Source: an uncultured Gammaproteobacteria bacterium
GTDB taxonomy: Bacteria; Patescibacteriota; Patescibacteriia; PEXW01
Assembly (NCBI GenBank): GCA_964486505.1
Contig: CAZAMC010000003.1
Location: forward strand, 19,505 to 83,504
Reading direction: 5' to 3'
Length of the DNA: 64,000 nucleotides
The notes beneath the pieces are model-generated. The model worked only from the letters and a program-made list of their open reading frames with translations, did not search any database and had not been told where the DNA came from. Shown here piece after piece: positions 20,381 to 33,083 of this stretch. Numbering within the stretch: position 1 is the first letter of the stretch; each line of letters starts with the position of its first letter. A program made the position numbers and the translations under genes.

Positions 20381-20851
20381 ATGCTTGAAAAGGAAGCCTT
20401 TGCCCTACTGACGAAAAGGGTGTGGCACATGCTTGAAAACAACGAGCCGATCAGCCCGTCGGTGACAGATGCGATAAACCACTTAGAGCCACAAGCTTTC
20501 CACGAGCCAGTTGCTCGGGCGGTGCTCACGCAAATGACCCGAGAAATTGGGCGGACTGTGGCCCCCGCCCTAACTGAAACTGGCGATGATTTCATCGGCT
20601 CGGTTGCACTCGCCTTCGCTATCCTTGCGGAATCGGATCGGCCGCCAAAGTACATCGGGTACACCGCCCACACATTTGCGGAAATGCTCATTGAGCAATT
20701 CTGCAAAGCCTACGCACGGTCGGTCAACATGAACGCCCCGGTGAAGGTGGACATCCCAACGTCCGCACCCCGCGCGCTGAGCCTGCGCGAGCGTTTGCAA
20801 GAAATGAAACCCACCGCCTTCGGTCGGTACACATTTCCAGCGAAAATCTGA
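20381..20851 (+). CDS. Hypothetical protein
   Basis: GGAGG SD before the ATG; TTGACG-16-TAAGCT promoter upstream. Confidence 0.55.
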   Translation: MLEKEAFALLTKRVWHMLENNEPISPSVTDAINHLEPQAFHEPVARAVLTQMTREIGRTVAPALTETGDDFIGSVALAFAILAESDRPPKYIGYTAHTFAEMLIEQFCKAYARSVNMNAPVKVDIPTSAPRALSLRERLQEMKPTAFGRYTFPAKI

Positions 20852-20904
20852 ACCTCAACTGCCCGAGCCCACCTATGGCTCGGGCAGTTTCTTGTAGGTT
20901 CGGG

Positions 20905-20977
20905 TCGGGGTGCCGGGACTTGAACCCGGGGCCTCTTGCACCCCATGCAAGCGCGCTACCAACTGCGCCACACCCCG
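20905..20977 (-). tRNA. tRNA-Pro(GGG), CCA not encoded
   Basis: CGGGGTG acceptor, anticodon arm CTTGC-ATGGGGT-GCAAG, GGTTCAAGTCC T-arm. Confidence 0.95.
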
Positions 20978-21041
20978 ACCAGAACCTACAAAAGCTACGG
21001 TGCATGGTACCCCGTGCCAGCGCATCGAGCAAGACCGATTT

Positions 21042-21905
21042 TTACTTCTCGTCGTCTTCGTGGTGCTTGGCTGACCCAATCATCTGCACCATACCATTGA
21101 AGAGCTCGATGAACGCGTGGTCTGCGCCCCGCCCCTTTAAGGCCAGCTGATGATGGCTGTCGCCGTGCGAGACGTTGTACATACCCTGCCCAAGGATCCG
21201 GAACGGCCGGCTCATGCGCTGGGCAAACCACCAAGAAATGAGAACAAAGACGGGCAAGGCGGCGAGGTCAACCAAGGCAAGTGCACCGAGCACGTCGTTG
21301 CGTTGTGCATTGATGAAACTGGAGGACAGGTCAACACCCAAGACTGCAACGCTCACGCCTTCGGCATTCTTTACGGGGGCGTAGCCCGAGAGCCAGGCGC
21401 CCCACTTATCGTAGGTAATTTCGTCATCGGCGCTCGGTTGGCGCAAGCCTTCTTCCAGCTGGGGGAAGTCGGCCGTATCATACTCCTCGCCCAAGTTTGC
21501 CTTGAGCTCGGCGTCATCAATGGCCCCGTTCCCGTTCTGGTCAGCAGTCTCTTTGCCACTGACGACGAACGTCATGAGGTGCGGCGTACTCGTGGGCCGG
21601 AGCGTGTAGATGTCATCAATTTTCGGGTTGCCATCCATCACTGACTGAAAGTACTTTTCAATCTGCACGTACGCCGAGCTGGTCTGCTGCTCCGGGGACG
21701 TGAGTTGCTCATGCACATCCACCGGGACATTCGCCGCAACGCTCACGGCAATACTCTGCAATGTATCCTGCGTCTCGCGAAAAAGTTTGGTGGTGCGCAC
21801 AAAGTACAGGGCTGCACTTACAGCCGCCGTCATAACCACGAACACAATCAACGTGTGGACGAAGACAAACCGCCGGTAGGGATGAAAACTTGTGTGAATG
21901 TCCAT
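21042..21905 (-). CDS. Membrane sensor-like protein (TM, Cache-like domain, TM, HAMP) with no output domain
   Basis: YDKWGAWLSGYAPV...VLGVD Cache-type motif, then a HAMP-like segment, then stop. Confidence 0.7.
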   Translation of the reverse strand: MDIHTSFHPYRRFVFVHTLIVFVVMTAAVSAALYFVRTTKLFRETQDTLQSIAVSVAANVPVDVHEQLTSPEQQTSSAYVQIEKYFQSVMDGNPKIDDIYTLRPTSTPHLMTFVVSGKETADQNGNGAIDDAELKANLGEEYDTADFPQLEEGLRQPSADDEITYDKWGAWLSGYAPVKNAEGVSVAVLGVDLSSSFINAQRNDVLGALALVDLAALPVFVLISWWFAQRMSRPFRILGQGMYNVSHGDSHHQLALKGRGADHAFIELFNGMVQMIGSAKHHEDDEK

Positions 21906-21948
21906 AGGTATATTCTAGCCTATTCTAGTGGGGGTTACGAGGTGCCAG

Positions 21949-22296
21949 CTATTCCAGAAACACCTGGAGCGCCTCGAGTAGCTCGTGTTTGACGGCATCG
22001 GGCGGTTGGGGGTCTTTCTCTGGATACTGTTGTTTGAGGGCATGCAGGCGAATTTTGATTGCCTCTACAGCCTGCTCCTGGGCAACCAGGGCTTCGGGTG
22101 GGAAGGCGGCTTGGTACTTAGGGCTCGACATGTACGTCTCAATAACAAACACCGTGCTCCCAAAACACGACAGCCAGTCGTTGGCAGTCCGCGAAAATTC
22201 ATCCTCAATTCTGCTCGGGGCCTCGCGAATGGCTTGCCGGAGCTGGGCTACCCGGTCCTCACTAAGTTCTGGAGTGGGACGCTCGCCTTCGGTCAT
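21949..22296 (-). CDS. Hypothetical helical protein
   Basis: 115 aa from MTEGERP; TATACT 6 nt upstream. Confidence 0.55.
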   Translation of the reverse strand: MTEGERPTPELSEDRVAQLRQAIREAPSRIEDEFSRTANDWLSCFGSTVFVIETYMSSPKYQAAFPPEALVAQEQAVEAIKIRLHALKQQYPEKDPQPPDAVKHELLEALQVFLE

Positions 22297-22392
22297 GCAG
22301 CAAGTATAGCACCCGCCAATTTCCCGAAAGGGAACGGTTCGGGATCGCCATTGGCAAGCATCGAGCTGGTCTGCTACACTGCTGCTACAATT

Positions 22393-22503
22393 CGCGTATC
22401 CAGAGTGCTGGGAAGGGAACTCGCCCGCTATCACCCAGCCGGCAACTCGTCCTGCAGCTGCAGGACTCCAGTGCTCCATCGAGCCCGCAAGGGAAGATAC
22501 GAG
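22393..22503 (+). ncRNA. SAM-I (S-box)-type riboswitch
   Basis: P1 CGTATC/GATACG; TATCCAGAG, GAAGGGA..GCCC, GGCAAC, GTGC, AAGAT core; directly upstream of metK. Confidence 0.85.
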
Positions 22504-22562
22504 GCGCTCATCGTACTACCTTCTGTGTCGCGGAAGGTCTTTCACCGTTAACGACCCTGCGT

Positions 22563-23588
22563 ATGCTCACTACCACCGAATCGGTTACCATTGGCCACCC
22601 GGACAAAATCTGCGACCAAATTTCTGACGCCATTGTCGATGCGTACCTGCTGCAGGATCCCCTTTCCCGCGTAGCCGTGAACAGCATGGGCTCGCACGGG
22701 ACGCTCTTCATCGGCGGGGAGGCGACCTCCAAAGGCGCGGTAGATCATGCCAAGCTGGCGCAAGAGCTGTACCAAGAAATTGGCTACACCGAGGAATTAA
22801 AGATGGTAGTCAACGTTGTGCCGCAGTCGCCGGACATCGCCCAAGGGGTGGACACCGGGGGCGCGGGTGACCAAGGTATTATGTACGGCTACGCAACCGA
22901 TGAAACACCCGAGATGCTCCCCCGCCAAGTTGTAGCCGCGCACGCCCTCACACGGGGGCTCACCGCCCTCCGGGCAAAGCCGGGCTTCGAATGGCTGCGG
23001 CCAGATGGGAAGTCCCAAGTGACCTACGAGGACGGCAGACTAAAAACCATTCTCGTCTCCTGCCAACATACAGAGAACATCGAGCAGCCCGAAATTCAAG
23101 CGCAACTCACCCAACACCTCTTCCAGCCCCTGTTTGGCGACTTGTCGAATGTCGAAGTACTCGTGAACCCCACGGGCCGCTTTGTGCAAGGCGGCTTCTA
23201 CGCCGATACGGGGCTCACCGGCCGCAAAATTATGGTAGACACCTACGGCGGTCTCATTCCGCACGGCGGCGGTGCCTTCAGCGGGAAAGACCCAACCAAA
23301 GTGGATCGCTCGGCGGCGTACTTCTGCCGCTACGTCGCTCGCCAACTGGTGAAGCGTGGCCTCTGCCACCATGCCACGGTGCGCGTTGCCTACGCCATTG
23401 GCCGAGCCGAACCAGTGATGGTCGATGTTGAAGGCGATGGTGATGACGGCCTCCATGAAGCGGTGCAAAAGGAATTCGACTTCCGCCCCAAGGCGATTAT
23501 TGAACGTCTTGACCTGCGAAAACCCATTTACCGCCAGACGGCCATGAACGGCCACTTTGGGAATCCAGACTTCCCCTGGGAAAAGTAG
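22563..23588 (+). CDS. metK: S-adenosylmethionine synthetase
   Basis: GHPDKICDQISD, GAGDQG, DGKSQV, GGGAFSGKDPTKVDRS. Confidence 0.98.
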   Translation: MLTTTESVTIGHPDKICDQISDAIVDAYLLQDPLSRVAVNSMGSHGTLFIGGEATSKGAVDHAKLAQELYQEIGYTEELKMVVNVVPQSPDIAQGVDTGGAGDQGIMYGYATDETPEMLPRQVVAAHALTRGLTALRAKPGFEWLRPDGKSQVTYEDGRLKTILVSCQHTENIEQPEIQAQLTQHLFQPLFGDLSNVEVLVNPTGRFVQGGFYADTGLTGRKIMVDTYGGLIPHGGGAFSGKDPTKVDRSAAYFCRYVARQLVKRGLCHHATVRVAYAIGRAEPVMVDVEGDGDDGLHEAVQKEFDFRPKAIIERLDLRKPIYRQTAMNGHFGNPDFPWEK

Positions 23589-23651
23589 TATATCGTTGAC
23601 AACGAGTAGGGTAGCGCCTAGAGTTTTGCTACAAACACAACGGAGGAAAAC

Positions 23652-23915
23652 ATGGCACGATTTCCTGGCTACCTCATCGAGAACCCCAATGGGAATAGTC
23701 ACCTCATCCCACTGGTGATCACAACCGAGCACCGTGGACTCTGCATCCGCATCGACGTTCCCAAAGAACACCCGAACTTTGCCAATGCCTCAGACCGACT
23801 CCAGCAGGTTATCCTGGCCTTGCAGGAGGCAGGCATCAAGCACGAGGTACTCCGCGTAAGTTCGAGCCACAACCGGCTGCCCGACTGCGTGTGCATCTCC
23901 TGCGAAAAGGCGTAG
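23652..23915 (+). CDS. Small hypothetical protein with C-terminal H...CxCxxC
   Basis: TTGACA-17-TAGAGT promoter (23596-23624), GGAGG SD, downstream terminator. Confidence 0.65.
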   Translation: MARFPGYLIENPNGNSHLIPLVITTEHRGLCIRIDVPKEHPNFANASDRLQQVILALQEAGIKHEVLRVSSSHNRLPDCVCISCEKA

Positions 23916-23928
23916 TGCAACTTCAATG

Positions 23929-23951
23929 AAAAAGCCCCGACCGGGGCTTTT
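23929..23951. terminator. Bidirectional terminator
   Basis: AAAAGCCCCG-AC-CGGGGCTTTT. Confidence 0.8.
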
Positions 23952-23969
23952 TGCTTAGTGGAGTATTGA

Positions 23970-24566
23970 TTAGAACTGGATGTCCTCTTCCATGCGCTTG
24001 TACGCGTGGACTTCATCTTCAGCAAACCAGTTCGCAATTTCGTGCTTAGCCTCTTCCGGGGTTTCTGAAGCATGGAGTATGTTGTGCACCGCGCGCTTTT
24101 CCTTGTTCGCCGCCGCCGCGGAATCCACCGAGTAGTCCCCCCGAATGGTGCCCATGTCGGCCATGTACGGCATCGTTACCCCTGCAATCTTGCGAACCAT
24201 GTCCACCGCGTGCACGCCCTGTACGACCATTTTCACCACCGGACCAGTGGTCATAAAATCCAGGAGCCACCCCCGCACCATCTTGCCAATCTCCAGCAAG
24301 TCGGTGGTGCCGAGTTCGCCTTCCAAATCGTAGCCGTACTTCTCGTAGGTCTTGTGGGTTTTCTCGCCCAGGCGGCGTGTCCAGGCCTCATCCTTGGGGT
24401 AGTGTTTGTCCATTTCTTCTCGTGCGGCCCAAATCATCTTCAATGCAATGACCTTCAAGCCCCGCTGCTCAAAGCGGTGAATGATATCACCAATGAGACC
24501 ACGCTTCACGCCGTCGGGTTTGACCAGAACGAGCGTTCGCTCTTCGCGAGGATGGGGAGCTGCCAT
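23970..24566 (-). CDS. ndk: Nucleoside diphosphate kinase
   Basis: KPDGVKRGLIG, GTIRGDY, NILHASE catalytic His. Confidence 0.95.
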   Translation of the reverse strand: MAAPHPREERTLVLVKPDGVKRGLIGDIIHRFEQRGLKVIALKMIWAAREEMDKHYPKDEAWTRRLGEKTHKTYEKYGYDLEGELGTTDLLEIGKMVRGWLLDFMTTGPVVKMVVQGVHAVDMVRKIAGVTMPYMADMGTIRGDYSVDSAAAANKEKRAVHNILHASETPEEAKHEIANWFAEDEVHAYKRMEEDIQF

Positions 24567-24578
24567 AGGTCGGATGCG

Positions 24579-24959
24579 TTACAGTTTGAGAAGTTCCTTC
24601 ACCTTCTCCACGATGGCCGCGGGAGTGAAGTTCGTTTTAATGAAGTAGTCGGTCGCCCCCAGCTGCCGGCCTTTCTGCACGTCTTCTTCCTGGCCGAGGT
24701 TGGTGAGCATGACCACAGGGGTGTCTTTGAATTCTGATGTCTTCCGGAGTTCCTGCAGAACCTGAAAACCATCCATCTTCGGCATGATGATGTCCAGCAA
24801 AATGATATCGGGCTTTTCCTTCTTCACCATTTCCAGGCCGGCAAAACCGTCCGGCGCATGGTGGAGCTCGTACCCTTCCTTTGTGAACTTCGTGGTGTAC
24901 ATCTCGGCGATCAGCGGATCGTCCTCGATGAGCGCGACACTGGGTTTCTGCTTTGCCAT
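24579..24959 (-). CDS. Single-domain response regulator (receiver only)
   Basis: EDD, LLDIIMPKMDG, LTN, IK. Confidence 0.92.
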   Translation of the reverse strand: MAKQKPSVALIEDDPLIAEMYTTKFTKEGYELHHAPDGFAGLEMVKKEKPDIILLDIIMPKMDGFQVLQELRKTSEFKDTPVVMLTNLGQEEDVQKGRQLGATDYFIKTNFTPAAIVEKVKELLKL

Positions 24960-24982
24960 AGTCCTACCCTAGCATGCGTTTT

Positions 24983-26464
24983 TCAGCCATGCAACGTTCC
25001 GGTAGCTGGGGAAAGCTGCACAAAACCGCTCTCGGCTTCGTATCCCGCGGCCGCCCGAAAAAGCTTGGCTTCCCCAAAGCGTGGCGCAATGAACTGCCCG
25101 CCAACTGGCATTTTGTGCGCGAAGCCAATGGGCATAGAAATGGCGGGGAGGTTGGCAATGTTCGCGGGTACCGTAAAAATGTCCGACAGGTACATAGTGA
25201 GCGGGTCATTGTACTTCTCCCCCAGTGGGAAGGCCACGGATGGCGAGGTGGGCCCGAAGAGGACATCCACATTCGCAAACGCCGCATCGAAATCCTTGGC
25301 GACAGTGCTCATGAGCGCGTAGGCGCGGTGGTAGTAACGGTCAGCGTACCCTTTCGAAAGGGTGTAGGTGCCCAGGATGCTCCGGCGCTGCGCTTCGGGG
25401 CCAAGGCCTGCGGATCGCACCCGCGTGGTGTACTGCTCAAAAGATTCCCCGGCTTTACCGGTTGGTTCCACACTGAGGCCGTACCGAATACCATCGTACC
25501 GTGCCAAATTGGACGACACCTCACTCGTGACGATGACGTAGTACAGCGCCAGTGACAAGTGTGCCGCGGGCACGCGGACGGGCACCAGCTTTGCCCCGGC
25601 CTGTTCCATACAGTGCAACGCTTCCTGCACGCGGGCAGTGACTTCCTCATCCATCCCCTGCACCAAAGCGTCTTCCATGTAGCCCACCCGCAAGCCCGCT
25701 AAGCCGCCAGTGAGGACACTCGAAGGTATGGCCGATCCAGCAACCGTGGTTGCATCTTGCGGGTCCACGCCCGCAACCGCATTAAACACGGCGAGGGCAT
25801 CCGCCGTGCAGCGGGCAAAGGGACCAATTTGATCGAGGGAAGACGACAGGGCGATGAGGCCGTTGCGCGAGACGCGACCGTAGGTTGGTTTAAATCCCAC
25901 CACCCCGCAGAAACTGGCCGGCTGGCGGATTGAGCCTCCGGTGTCGGAGCCCAGAGCGACCAGGGCTTCGCGGGCAGCCACAGCCACGGCCGAACCTCCG
26001 GATGAACCGCCGGGGACGCGAGCCGGATCCCACGGGTTGCGCGTCTTCTGGTACGCCGAATTTTCGGTGGACGAACCCATGGCAAATTCATCGAGGTTCG
26101 TTTTTCCAACAATGACCGCGCCCGCATCCAGCAGTCGCTGCACTGCCGTGGCCGTGTACGGTGCAACGTAGGGCTCCAAGACTTTAGAAGCTGCGGTCGT
26201 CGGCGTGCCTGTGAGGCAGAGGTTGTCTTTTATTGCCACGGGTACACCGAAGAGCGCGTTGGGCTTTTCGCCCGCTTGAAGACGCCTATCGAGCTCCTCG
26301 GCCCGCGCAATTGCGCGTTCCCCCATGATGTGCAGGAAAGCGCAGAGCCGGGCATCTTGCTTCGTTATGCTGTCTAAGTACGCGCTCGTCACCGCCTCCA
26401 CGCCAATACGGCCGCTCGCGTACTCGTCGTGTAATTGCGCAATGGTGTAGTCCTTCACATCCAT
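24983..26464 (-). CDS. gatA: Asp/Glu-tRNA amidotransferase subunit A
   Basis: GKTNLDEFAMGSS, PGGSSGGS, SDTGGSIRQP, SSNLARYDG. Confidence 0.97.
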   Translation of the reverse strand: MDVKDYTIAQLHDEYASGRIGVEAVTSAYLDSITKQDARLCAFLHIMGERAIARAEELDRRLQAGEKPNALFGVPVAIKDNLCLTGTPTTAASKVLEPYVAPYTATAVQRLLDAGAVIVGKTNLDEFAMGSSTENSAYQKTRNPWDPARVPGGSSGGSAVAVAAREALVALGSDTGGSIRQPASFCGVVGFKPTYGRVSRNGLIALSSSLDQIGPFARCTADALAVFNAVAGVDPQDATTVAGSAIPSSVLTGGLAGLRVGYMEDALVQGMDEEVTARVQEALHCMEQAGAKLVPVRVPAAHLSLALYYVIVTSEVSSNLARYDGIRYGLSVEPTGKAGESFEQYTTRVRSAGLGPEAQRRSILGTYTLSKGYADRYYHRAYALMSTVAKDFDAAFANVDVLFGPTSPSVAFPLGEKYNDPLTMYLSDIFTVPANIANLPAISMPIGFAHKMPVGGQFIAPRFGEAKLFRAAAGYEAESGFVQLSPATGTLHG

Positions 26465-26466
26465 AC

Positions 26467-26748
26467 TCAGGTTGTGGGCGGTGAAACGACGAATGACCCA
26501 TCCCGCGTGGGCGCTTGGGCTACCAGACGAACTGCATCTGCCGGCATGGCTATGTCTTCTCGCACATCATACGGGGTAACTGGGCTACGACGCTGGCCCT
26601 CAACTGCTGGAACGTCGCTCTGGTTAATTTGGTCAAGGTAATCCAGCACGCGGGAAAGTTGCTCCGCGTACATCTGACGTTGGGCGAGTGTTTGCGAAAG
26701 CCGTACAAGCTTGCCTAGGTGGACGATGTCAGCGTCGGTAAAATGCAT
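26467..26748 (-). CDS. gatC: Asp/Glu-tRNA amidotransferase subunit C
   Basis: Size, LxKLVRL and REDxA motifs, directly upstream of gatA. Confidence 0.85.
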   Translation of the reverse strand: MHFTDADIVHLGKLVRLSQTLAQRQMYAEQLSRVLDYLDQINQSDVPAVEGQRRSPVTPYDVREDIAMPADAVRLVAQAPTRDGSFVVSPPTT

Positions 26749-26850
26749 AGGCACAGTATACCACCCACGGTGCATTGACAGGATAGCCAGAAAACTCTAC
26801 GCTCACCGGAATACAAAAGTATCCACACCACCAGCAGGGAGGCTGATGCA

Positions 26851-27480
26851 TTGAAAAGGAGTAAGGCCGCACCGAAACACGGCGAGCGCCAGCTCTCATC
26901 TGACCCGACCATCGCTCGCGCCCAACTCGGGGATCAGGTTGCTCTTGGTGAACTTACCCAAGAGTACCGGGATCGCTGTACGAACTTCCTCTTCAGAATC
27001 CTTCAGGACGCTGAACTCGCCGCGGAAGTATACCAAGACGTGTGCGTGAAGCTCGTCGGGTACATCGCCAACTACGATGCTACCTATCAATTCACTACCT
27101 GGCTGTACACGGTAGCGAAGAACATGGCCTTCAACCACTTACGGCGGAGGAAGAAGTACGAATTCGTTGACATTGAGACCATTGCCGGCGAGCTGCCCAG
27201 CCCCGATGGTCGGCCAGATGTCCATCTGCACCGTAGCGACATCACCCGCGCCGTGGCAGAGGCTGTAGCCTCGTTGCCAGAGAAAATGCACGAAGCGTTT
27301 ACCCTCGTACGGCTGCGTGGGTTCAGCTACGAAGAGGCGGCGATGAAGCTTGACCTGCCCATTGGGACGGTAAAGTCACGCGTGACACGCGCGCACGAGG
27401 AAATCCGCACCTTCTTCAGACTGTACTACCCCGAGCTCATCCCCCCGCGCTCTCGCGCAAAAAAACTCGCTCGTTTCTAA
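26851..27480 (+). CDS. ECF sigma-70 factor (RpoE-like)
   Basis: AAEVYQD, FTTWLYTVAKN, SYEEAA..LDLPIGTVKSRV; TTG start with AGGGAGG SD. Confidence 0.92.
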   Translation: MKRSKAAPKHGERQLSSDPTIARAQLGDQVALGELTQEYRDRCTNFLFRILQDAELAAEVYQDVCVKLVGYIANYDATYQFTTWLYTVAKNMAFNHLRRRKKYEFVDIETIAGELPSPDGRPDVHLHRSDITRAVAEAVASLPEKMHEAFTLVRLRGFSYEEAAMKLDLPIGTVKSRVTRAHEEIRTFFRLYYPELIPPRSRAKKLARF

Positions 27481-27507
27481 CGACCACCCGCACACGGTGG
27501 TCGTTTT

Positions 27508-27509
<2 letters not shown>
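27479..27509. terminator. Terminator between the ECF sigma gene and ligA
   Basis: AACGACCACC-7-GGTGGTCGTT followed by a T-tract. Confidence 0.75.
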
Positions 27510-30420
<2,911 letters not shown>

Positions 30421-30424
<4 letters not shown>

Positions 30425-32316
30425 GAAATTGGGCAGTACCCTTCTTCCGGTCCCAAGAAGGACGGCTGGGTGAGAATGTCGTAGGAGTCAAACGTCGTCG
30501 TCCGGTTTATCTGGCAAAAGTTGAAGCCCCCACCACACTGCGCACTCGCATCACAGAGAATTGTGGGGTCATTACTACACTGACCAAAGCCTCCAGAAAA
30601 GTTAGACTCGGTGTTCGCGGGGCTCCGAATAATGAGGAAGCGCGTCGTCACACCCGGGTTGACCGTAATGGGTGTAGGGAGGATGCAGCTACTCGCCGCG
30701 CCGCCATTGAAGGGCTGAATTGTCTGCTCTTGCGCCTTCAGGCTAAGCGACGAGGCATCGGACTGCGTATCGTAGTTGAAGAAGAAAGTAGGACTCGCGC
30801 CACCATTTTCGATGTAGTTCACCTTCACTGTGCGGTTAAACTTCCCCCGGATACGAACGTAATAGTTACACGGCCCAATAGTGCAGTCGGCAAAAGGGGC
30901 ATCGGGCACCACGACGCCAAACTTGTGGGAATTTTGGCCATATGCCGCATTGGTATTGTACTCCGTGAACCCACATTCCACGCTCTGGGGCACATTCCCG
31001 ACAATAGTCTGGAGGCACTTGAAATCAATTGACTGCGTGTCGGTGGTTGTGCCACCGGGGTTAAGCCACAGCTTATTTGCGCCACCAGCCACGCCGTTAC
31101 AGTACGTACTCGTGCTAGCGAAATCGGCGCCGCAATGAACACCTTGCCAATTCTTCCCCTCATGGTTTGGCCCAATAAGTTGGCAGAGCCTGGGCGCGCC
31201 TGGACAAAAGGTGACTTGGTTGACGCCGTAGTAGGTCGTGCACCAATTACGCCCATTGCCATTGCAATCATCCCATTGACCTTGGGCATTCAATTCTGGT
31301 TCACTGGGATTTATGTTTGCCTCAAATTGATAGGGCCCAAAGGTTTTCACATCTTCAGAAACTGATAACTCAATGCTCTTCTCGAGCGTCCGCTCGCTGA
31401 AGATGACAAAGTCGAAGAGCGAGGAAAGCGGCAGCGACCAAGGAAAGGTGGCGACGAGGGCTTGTTTCTGGTTTTTCCCAGAACTCACCGATTTCAACCG
31501 GATCTGGCTGGTGGGTTTGGGGTTCAGGTAGGCATTGAAATTCTTAACGTCCCCGTTCCCGCCCGTGGTTGGCTTCAAGGGAGTAATGCGGATGCGGAAA
31601 CCGGCTAGCGTTGAGGAAAGGGTCGGCTCAAAAGCGGGGTAAAACTGCGTCAAGGGGATCTGCGCACCTTTACCGCCACTCTCGGGAAGCGTGCAGGTGC
31701 TGGAACTCGAAAAATTGGTAAATGAAACCAACACTCGCTGTGAACGAGAGCTCTCTAACCGGGAATTCCACGCAATCCACGTAACTTCCAGCACTTCATC
31801 ATTCGCCCCATCATTGCTCTCCGCGTACACGCAGAGCGTGGGCGCATTGAAGTCTACTGGCGCCCCGGCAACGTTGAGTGAGTCGTCGACGTCGTACATT
31901 TCGACATACACACTCTGGTTCTCAGGTAACTCCGGAATCGTTTCCCCCACGCTCGTCTGGTCGGTAGAGCTCACAAGCTTTGTATCCCCGGTGGGGAAAA
32001 ACGCTTGATTTTCGGCAACGATGATATTTGGGTGCCCACCCTCGCCGACCGGTAGTTCCAGGTCGCGGACTTTCGTGAGAGCGCCAGCCAGGGTTTCACT
32101 GGTCTTCAGCAGTTGCACGGCGTGCAGCCCCTGTTCCAAGCCCGATTCCGCTGCGTAGTACCCTTCGTGCGTGTTGGAAACGACTTCATTAATGCGAACC
32201 TGGGTGACAACCACGGTGCTCACGGTAATGCCAATCGCTACAACAGCCGACATAATCAGCACTGCCAGAATCATGGTTATGCCCCGTTGTTTCTTCCCGA
32301 CTCGGCTAATTCGCAT
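30421..32316 (-). CDS. PilX/GspK-like large minor pilin
   Basis: KQRG|ITMIL prepilin site lacking E5, YYAAESGLE; Cys-rich C-terminus. Confidence 0.8.
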
Positions 32317-33079
32317 AACGGTTGAACTTATCGGCATTCTTAAAAACCCGGCTGGCTATGGTCGTCTGGAACGTCTGGCTCACGGTCTGCTGGCCCCCAA
32401 GCCGACTAATGTGCATGCTAAAGGTCACCCGGGGGTGGAATGGGTAGAAGTCATCGCCCACGTCGGTAGTATCGTAGCTGAACTTCTGCGGCGTACAGTA
32501 ACAAGTAGCGCCCTTTGTGAACTGGCACTCACTCGTGACGGGATTCAAGCATAACGTGCCCCAACGACATCCCAAATCGTCAGTGCAGACGTCAGGCACC
32601 TGGGCTGCGTACGGATCTTCGGACGGCGCGACGGCAAAAGTCAAATTGCTCACGGTGAGTACGCTGGGCGTAACGCTCGACCATGAAGAAGCGAAGCTTA
32701 CGTCATCACACGCCGTCGTTTCGGCTACCGGGAGCGTGAGTTTTTCGACGACACTGTTCTGAAGCCGGTACCGAACCTGACGATTGAGCGCGTCAACAAT
32801 GACCAGGCAGTTCTTTCCGGTGCCGTCCAAAGGCGCAAAAAGTTTTGTCCGTTCCAGGGGGAACTGGGTTTTGTAGTACGCGTAATCTACAACACCTTCG
32901 CGCAGCTGGTCCGCAATTTCTTCAATGAGCGCCCGAGCGTCGCTCTGCAGCTCCTGCTGTGAAACAGTACGACGCTGCTGCTGAACGTAGAAGACGAATA
33001 AATTCACGGCCAGTAACGATGCAATACTAAACACTCCGAGGGTAACCACTACTTCAATGAGGGTAAAGCCACGACGCAT
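32306..33079 (-). CDS. PilW-like minor pilin
   Basis: RRG|FTLIE class III signal peptide. Confidence 0.88.
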   Translation of the reverse strand: MRRGFTLIEVVVTLGVFSIASLLAVNLFVFYVQQQRRTVSQQELQSDARALIEEIADQLREGVVDYAYYKTQFPLERTKLFAPLDGTGKNCLVIVDALNRQVRYRLQNSVVEKLTLPVAETTACDDVSFASSWSSVTPSVLTVSNLTFAVAPSEDPYAAQVPDVCTDDLGCRWGTLCLNPVTSECQFTKGATCYCTPQKFSYDTTDVGDDFYPFHPRVTFSMHISRLGGQQTVSQTFQTTIASRVFKNADKFNRYAN

Positions 33080-33083
33080 AACC

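Noticed and set aside
18197-20904. Integrated island at tRNA-Pro
   Set aside because: No att repeat or mobility gene visible
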